Origin: Fimbriosthenelais zetlandica
Lineage: Eukaryota
Assembly: GCA_977030845.1 (NCBI GenBank)
Contig: OZ365112.1
Span: 20,336,001-20,400,000, forward strand
Length of the DNA: 64,000 nt
Direction: 5' to 3'
In this document: one piece after another, positions 56,101-64,000 of the stretch
Layout of the letters: the number at the start of each line of letters is the position of its first letter
Numbering within the stretch: position 1 is the stretch's first letter
Position numbers and translations under genes: made by a program
Notes under the pieces: generated by a model
What the model was told of the DNA's origin: nothing
Seen by the model: the letters and a program-made list of their open reading frames with translations, nothing else
Databases searched by the model: none

Positions 56101-58199
56101 ATTCTGGATTTGTGCCAACTATGACTTACGATTGCTTATTCTTTATGCCATCTGTCAGTATTATTTTACATACTGCACGCAAAGTGACATTTTGAAGTTT
56201 AAGAACCCGAAACCCCATACTTGTGATCATTTCAAATGACGAAAATGACTACATTTTCAACATAATTATGCATGGCATAGGCCATGACAGTGAATGGTAT
56301 AGTCGAGGGTGCGAAAAGGATTGAACCAAACTTCCTTTCTACAAGCCATGTTCTTTACCCTCCACAAAAAACAGGTGTGGGAGACCGCTTGTTTAAGACG
56401 CATCTTAAATAAATTCTTATTCGATAGACATGAATGGACATTGTTTGGAATGATGGAGGAGGAGGTGGTAGCTGGTGGTCACTCAGTAGGCTTGACCAGT
56501 GGACAGGTGCATGCATATAGCACGAGCTTCTTGAGGCCAAATATAATAAAGTGGTTCCAATACCATGCTAATAATAGGGATATTATATACAATTATGTTC
56601 ACTTTGATATTTGGCAATGGTGTAAATCCTCCCATAAATTATGAATTGGTGATATATAATTGTGTGTCCAATGTCACTAGGATCCTTTCAACTCATCAAG
56701 ATGTGTTTAATGTCTAAGAATTGGTAGTTATAGAAACATTCATCCTATTAGCCTAACCCTCCCATTTTACCCCACCCACGTCCCCCACTTATAACCCTAC
56801 ACTTGCATTCACTAACTTCCATTCTCAGTGTATTGTTATCTGATGCCTTGGATATAGGGACTGGTCAAGTTTGAGAAGGTTCAAGAGTGTCTCACGTTCC
56901 TGACAAATAGCCTTTCTTCCTCAAGAATAAATGCACTTGATGTTATTTTCTTTAGAGATTTTACAAATTTTGCCAAAGGAAAAATGGAAACTTGTTGGAA
57001 CCATAGTCCATAGTTAATTTAGCCCCATCCATTCAGGAATACCACAAATATTTGAGGCTAAGATCCGACACCCAAATCCCTGCTCATCTACCCCAGTGAA
57101 TCCACACGTGCATGCAATTTATCAAGTGGTCAAATCCATGCAGTTGATTTTACAACTTTGGTAGGTCCAAGTCGGAGTTCATTTCATAAACTTCCACGCC
57201 TCAAGGACCCCCACACCGCATCCCCGTCATAGAAGAATAGTCTTCTTTTGTACCTGTCCGAATCACAACACAAAAAGCCCTACGCGAATAAATCACCAGT
57301 TTCTAGGGCTCTGAGATGGGGGCCAAAGTAACCCAAGCTTTGATGGCGACGCCCGGGCCTGGGGTCCATTGTCCAGCCTGTCTGCAAGCAGAAAAATGTT
57401 TGTCTATTGCTATGACAATAGCCAGGGATGTACTGGACAAGGATGGTGGCACCAGGAGTGACCACCACTCACTGCTCCCCCCATGGCATCCCCAGGTGAT
57501 GTGTATGAAAGTGATTATCACTAGCCAACACTTTCATGGGCCTTAATCATAACCTCTGATTTTTGGTCACGGATAGTGATATCGCAGTCAAACTTGAGCG
57601 ATATCAGACATCTCTTGAAATTGGAAGGTATTTATCCAATTCTCAAAGAGAATCAAACACAAAAGACGTAGTGAAATTTAATTGGGGTTGTGCCTGGAAA
57701 TAATTTTTTATTTACCTCAGGCGTTTATATGATTTAAATAATTAAATTGATTCATTTACATATACAATACTGGATTGGCGGCCTCCACTGTTTTAATTCA
57801 CAAAAAGATACCCGTGCTGTTCTTGAAGGTATTGCCTCTATAGTATTCACACTTACACTGTATTGCTCTCAGCAGGGAAGGATTAAATCCATCTCTGCAG
57901 GCTACTCTTTATTCTTCTGGATTCCGTAAGCCACAGGTTTTACATCAATGGATTTTATGTATTTGCATTTGTCATTTTCAATTTCACTTCTGCCTTTCAT
58001 CCTTTTGAGGCCTCAGTGTTTTCAACACCTATGATAAACTCGGCAGCTGTCCTTCTCCGAGGTCATATCTCTAGGATTCAAATCACTGACTTTGAGGGTG
58101 TTAGGCGAAAGGCTTTTTAGGCTCTCATCAATGTTTTCTCGGACACCCGAGGCGCTTATGTCGGTGTGGTAGAGGGGTAAAGGGGGGCTGAGTGTGAAC

Positions 58200-58800
58200 A
58201 AAAGCATCCCCATCTTTGCTCTTCTAAAATGGCATACAAAAATCAAGGCCGACAAGGGGGGCTGGCACCCGCAAAGCCCGAACATTAATCCTGGCCACGA
58301 TTCTTTGATGCTCCTGGTGGATATCTAAAATTATAATGAGTTTGCTGCTTTCTCTGTACCCTTTAAATAAGCAGAGAGAAGTATGGGTAGCGGCAAAGAA
58401 CATTTGGCTGAAGGGCAAAAATGTTGGGTGTGGGCAGCGGCTCGTGGAAGAGCTGTCTATACTCTCTACCAAACTGATTCGATGCAGGACATCAAATAAA
58501 ATGTATACTTGCATTGGTGAGTTAACATTAAAACATAAGGTGGCGTAGAATATAATGTTGAGGCTGGTTTTCCTCAAATCAGCAGGTTGAACGTGAAGTG
58601 GAAATAATTAGGCTGAAATAATGAGGAGAAGGACTGGGTGGTCATGCTAGATATGGGTGTACTGTAAAAGGAAGGCCATTCAGGGACAGTTTAGGCTCGT
58701 CAGATCCGGGACAGTCCCACAATACATTGGCTTCCCTGAAGAATAAAAGGGCTATACAAATTCCGGGGAAAGGACCAAGCTATCAAGGTATGGCTTCTGG
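58200..58800 (-). mobile_element. Decayed LINE RT remnant
   Basis: Motifs in the expected order: CPGSDEP (about 58713-58694, cf. aPG.DgI), NQFG (about 58479-58468, cf. nQfGFR) and IILDIHQEHQRIV (about 58330-58290, cf. vFLDl.KAFD.V). Confidence 0.5.
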
Positions 58801-61800
58801 ATGATGATTGAACCAAACTTTAAGGGATAACTGGCACAGGCCACCGTGTCCAGACCTAGATATTATATATTTTGCATACCAGTATTCATAATATTTTTTT
58901 CTCTATTTTTTTTTTTATACATTTAATATAATATAATAGATAGATTTGATTAAAATACTTGGGATGTTGCAAGGAAAAAGAAAATTGAAAATCACAGATG
59001 GTGCTTTGACAGAAAATATGGGTCAAAAGTAAAACAAAGGTGAAACTACATGTAGTTGTGTCACCCAACCTCCTCATATCATGCAGAGGCTCCCATTGTA
59101 GGCATCATCCATTCTTCCTATGTCAAACTAATTTGCATATCATTAGACAGGTATTCTATAGAGCACAGGTATTATTAATTGGATTTAGCTTTAACGGGAG
59201 CCTGACAAATTGTTTAACAAACATGCCTAGTTCCCTCGGGCCATCGTGATTATGAAATACGCTGAGACAAGGGACAAGGGGAGTTGATGGGAGGAAATTG
59301 TTGATGTCTACTCAGTGCATCTGTTCCATATTTTACAATGAACAGATTTTTCATGAAATTTGATTGCTGTTGTTAGCAATAGCCCAAAGACATTGGGTTG
59401 TGGTCACAGTAGATGTTATACTGGATCGGTTTAATTAGTCTGTTCCTACCCATAATTTACTCTCATTTGATATCATGAACTCTTCTCTCACGAAGTAAAA
59501 TGTCATTACACAGGGAAAAGCTTTCAAATGTACTAATGGTGTTCAGTATATATAGGCCTATTACATACAATTCGCATGTGTTCAGATTTCACCATGAAAG
59601 AATGTAGGATATAGGGAAAATAGACTGCATGAAATAAGATTACAAGTACTGACGGTGTTTTGTTCACTCATGTAGAAGAAAACTCAGGGTGCTCTCTCCT
59701 TGATCTTTGGGCCCTTTACCCTCAGGCTGCCTCGATTACAATGAGTGATAGTTATGTAAACCCCGACTAGTCGCGACAGACAGGTAAGAAAAGGAAAACC
59801 TGCCTTTAAATATGATTTCATGCCTTACAATGAACATTCTGTCCTCGGGTCGAGTTTTTTCTTAGAGGACGGCACGTGCCTGAGCTATAATAAAAAGTGA
59901 TAAGCTCTAGTAGTGGATTTTTTCTCAAGTGGACAATATTCTGATTGTCCCCAAAGGGGGTGAACTATGTCAAATATTCTTGCACCTGTCGGGCATCGTG
60001 GTGGCATCTAACAACGTGTCTTTTTTGACATATTGCTATGAACATAAGAACAGGTAGGCTACATCGTCCACTATCGCCTATAGATTGGCTGTCTATGGTC
60101 TGCACTCAATGGAAGTGATAGATTGGATTTTTTGTATGGCTTTGTGGTCCGGGTGTATTTCATTGCTTTTCAGTTGGGGATTAATGGAAGAAAAGTTGGA
60201 GGGGTTGGTCTTAAGGGGACCAAGACATTAGTATTGGGTAGAGAGGGTTTATTCTCGAGGGTATATTTGGGACTGACACTACTGACACCCGAGCTTGTAG
60301 CGCGCGTGTTTGTCATACATTATACTTCGCATATCAACCAGTCTTCTCGCCTTTTCTTACTCATTGTATGCCAGCCGAACCCAGTCATCTTATTTGTGCA
60401 TGCGTGAACGACATCACAATAATAGGTGAGTGACACGCGTCGTCAGGGGAAAGATTAGTGCCACCGCGCATGCCTTTGGATGGTGGAGAGTTCAACTTCC
60501 GCTCGTGACGTCACGGGGGCACGTGTCATTGATGGCGGCTGTGGCTAAGTCGCAGGGTTGAATGTAAACAGACGAGCCAGCACATTAAAGGCTTTGCTAT
60601 CCACACCTTTCAGCTTGGCAATCGCTTTTCTTAAGCATGAAGTACATTATTAGCTGGATTAGGCCAGTCACAAAACAGTTGAAGCTGTGATGGGGGAAGG
60701 GTCAAGCTATATTTTGACTTAATCTCTAATCCAAGGAAGGGGAGAAAGGCTTCTTGGTGGAGGCCCCAGGGAGGCCAATGAAGTGCCTATTAGCTTTCAA
60801 GGTCCCAGCTTTAAGATTTCTGAGATGGTGGAAAGATTGAAGACCTTCTTGATGAATCTCAGAGCAGTGAAAAGGTTGACACTAAGAAGGTAGAAATCCG
60901 GAAGCTACTCTTTGTTGTACTTGTATTTACATTCCTGAATCTGCCTCAGATTAGCACGTTTTCCAACAATCAATTCCCCACGATGAACCAATTAAACTTC
61001 AGGAAGTTTTATGATATGATACGCATAATTATAGGTCCACTTTAATGTATGATCCAGGACTATAATTTTTTTAGGTCATCGTATCTCGATCTGGGGTATA
61101 GGGCCTATATATAGGGCCTACAGCTTCACTCTGTTGGATTCACAGGTGAAAGTTTAAGATTCACATTGTGTATCAGACTCTGAGGAGGATGACTTCAGCA
61201 TTCCATTGATGTATAGTTGTCAGCAGAAAAAAATCACCTCAACTAACCAAGTGAATCTTGTGCATTGAAATAACGGTTTCAGAGGCAGAAAACGTTCTGA
61301 CTGAAACTCATTGTTGTGATCCAAATGAAAGTCCTTAGTGTGTCAAAATGTGCATAAACTTTTTTTCCTTTTCTATATTTAACGTAATTAGGAACTTGGT
61401 TCTCCCCGAAAATATCGAAAACGTGCAATTGGCTATACCTAGCCAAGTTTTTTCTGAAACAACCTAAAATCTTTGTGCAGATGTGACAGTCATACACACA
61501 TTAAAAAGTATGGCTCCGAAATCAACAGTAAAAACTGGCTAAATTTCTATGCAAGTGACAGCCCGAAAAGCCCCCATGCTGAAGAAGAAATCATATTCCT
61601 CACGCATGTTAAGTGACACGCGCCGGGTGTATAGTGTATATGGAGTCTGTGGTTATAGGAGTTTGGGGGCGCCACAGTTTGTAGGGTAGTCATTAGCCTG
61701 TTGTTCTATACATGGTGTAGTCATGTTGCCTATATACCCCCATACCACCAGGTGATACCTATAGGCCAGGGGAAAGGCGCTTAGGTAACTCGGCCCCTTA

Positions 61801-64000
61801 TGAGGTGGAATATTGTCAGGGCCAGAAATATAATATTATAAAGGATTTTATTTTTGGAGGACGTATCTATGTCAATTAGGATAGAGTATCATTGGCCATA
61901 CAGACCGAGTAATATGAGGACACGTTGTGGTTTGTGCACCAGGCCTTTTTATGCACATTGAGGTGTAGTTCATTTCCTTCGAGTTCTCTTCATAACACAA
62001 TGAAAAGTTTTATTCTCCATTTCTTGGCCTGAGGGGTTTGACAGAATGGTACCAATACTGAATCTGCACGAGCCCCCACCGCATCACATCCTCTGCCTGC
62101 CCTGACCCAAAACATGCAAGGCTTGGTCCAGATTGTATGGCACATCCTGACGACCTGCGACAGGACTGGTTTCCTTCCATTTTTGCACTGGGCATGTCTC
62201 TGAGGAAATTGGGTAATTTATGTCCATTATTTTCATCGTTAGAGGACGGCCTATTGTTGAAGTATGCATTCATGACCCCTTATGATATGATAGAGGAGAC
62301 AGAGGTGCAAGACCTGCAGTAAATTTTATGGCCTTCAGATTATAAGGGCATGTACATGTATGATGTCTGTGGCCTGGAGACAAAGTAGTTCATGTTTTCA
62401 TATTCATATGCTGTTCTGAATTCAGAAGGAATGCCATTGTCCAAAGATTATTGCTGAGTTCTGGATGGACTTGCATCTATAGAAGAATACAACTATAAAG
62501 CTAGATATGTTCCTACCTTGGCTATGTGATAACCTGCATGAGAATCAGCATATCGCTCCAGGTAAAACATGGGTTCAATCTTGAACCTGAGTTAAACGTG
62601 ACCCTGGGGTGCAACAGGACTAAAAACCAATTACATTAAAGAACTACCTAGCAGGAGCAACCTGCAGGTCAAATAATGAAAGAAAACTTTGGTCACCACA
62701 ATTTCAGGCCATCATAATACATAGCGCGGCCACTTCCACCCGGAGACCGCATGTATAGCTCACATCTTGATAATTCATCCTCCATTTTCTACATGGCGGC
62801 CCGCCGACAAAAAAACCCTGCTCTGCTTTTGGTCGTTTCCTGTAAAGACCGACTTAACTTCCGCTTGGCTGCGCGCGTCGTTTTGGTCTTAATGACGGGC
62901 AATGATTGGCGGGGACTGAAAAGTATATAAGGGCTCCTGGCTTTCCTGGGTGCCCTCGTGAATAGAAAGGAGAACAAAATGGCCCTCGTGTGCTGGGTGA
63001 TGGGAGGGGTAGCCTTTGGTATGCCTTTCAAAGTTTTACTCCATTGGGCGATATTTACCGTATTCCCAACAATAATGAGTTCTCGGACCCGTATACTTGG
63101 CCGTACTTCCATTTCTATTCTTGGTGTCTTGCAGGCCTTGCCTTTAATATTGCAAGAAAATATTTGTTATATATGGTTGTATAAAGTGATTATAACTATA
63201 TAGCGATTGCAGTTTGTCCTTGTGTTGATCACGAGGCGTTTAAACATGATAATACGGTAAAGTCGATGAAAGTGGGTTCAAAGACAATCGTGAAGCTTTA
63301 TGCATGGAGCCCCATTATACCAGGGACACTGAGAATAGTTCACTATACAGGCAGCATCGTTTCACTCTCCCTCTTTTCCATCATCTATGAAAACTTCATT
63401 TCTCAAGTCCTTTCTATTCATCCCCTGACCTGGCCTCGGCGAGATCAAAAAGAGTCTCAATGACGTAGAATAGTGGAAAACTAATGACGTCATAACTGGA
63501 CTGAATGACTTTCCTTTCAAAAGAGAATTGTGGTGTTCTATATGTAATAAATCAAAATCGACCCATGTAGTTTGGCATTTTTGACAAGCAAGGGTCACAG
63601 AATACAGAGAATTTCTGAGACTGCATGGGTATGAGACATGTATATCTTGTTGATATTTCCCAAACATTATACTTTGGATTAAACTATAGGCTGTAAACTA
63701 CTGAGACAATAATATAGAATGAAGCTTTATGCACCTAAATAAGATTTCCTTTTAAACTAAATAGGTGCTTATTATGACCATTTCCGTCTTTTCATTGATT
63801 TCTCAATTACAGAAGACATACATATAGTGTAAATAACAACCTCGCCGCTGAAATGCCTTTCACGCTTGCGCTCTGTTGGGTGATTATTTCAATGATGTTC
63901 ATAATTGTTCATAATTCAAATAAATCACCTAGTTTATGGGCATGTCTGCACTCTAATTAACTTCAATAGAAATCTGCTGAAAAAAGTTCACAGTTCATGT

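Noticed and set aside
36250-64000. Pitx or other homeobox exons, and enrichment of TAATCC sites
   Set aside because: No homeodomain or OAR peptide was found in the ORF track or by reading. The roughly 15-20 TAATCC/GGATTA sites seen are about what base composition predicts.

Overview
AT-rich eukaryotic window with compact GT-AG introns. It probably comes from an invertebrate deuterostome, possibly an echinoderm; this is inferred from the presence of CatSper, the vertebrate-like gene set and the frequent TAGGCCTA octamer. Four genes could be assembled exon by exon with consistent intron phases: the 3' end of ZCCHC24 (+, 889-3198), a complete 17-exon MTTP (-, 14296-6062, 881 aa), TRMT10A (+, 16507-18658, 382 aa, head-to-head with MTTP) and CATSPER3 (+, 33426-36004, 393 aa). 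An unrecognised small gene or pseudogene (-, about 32540-31828) shares an RFX X-box-containing promoter with CATSPER3. The 19-31 kb interval holds decayed LINEs, orphan exon-like fragments and CTCF-like sites. The last 28 kb (36-64 kb) has no recognisable gene, only LINE relics and enhancer-like motif islands. The main observations are synteny-based. MTTP-TRMT10A are also head-to-head in human. The human orthologues lie on the 4q/5q/10q paralogon that carries PITX2/PITX1/PITX3, and human CATSPER3 abuts PITX1. The gene desert may therefore be the regulatory landscape of a Pitx gene beyond the right edge. No CRISPR array, rRNA or complete tRNA was seen.
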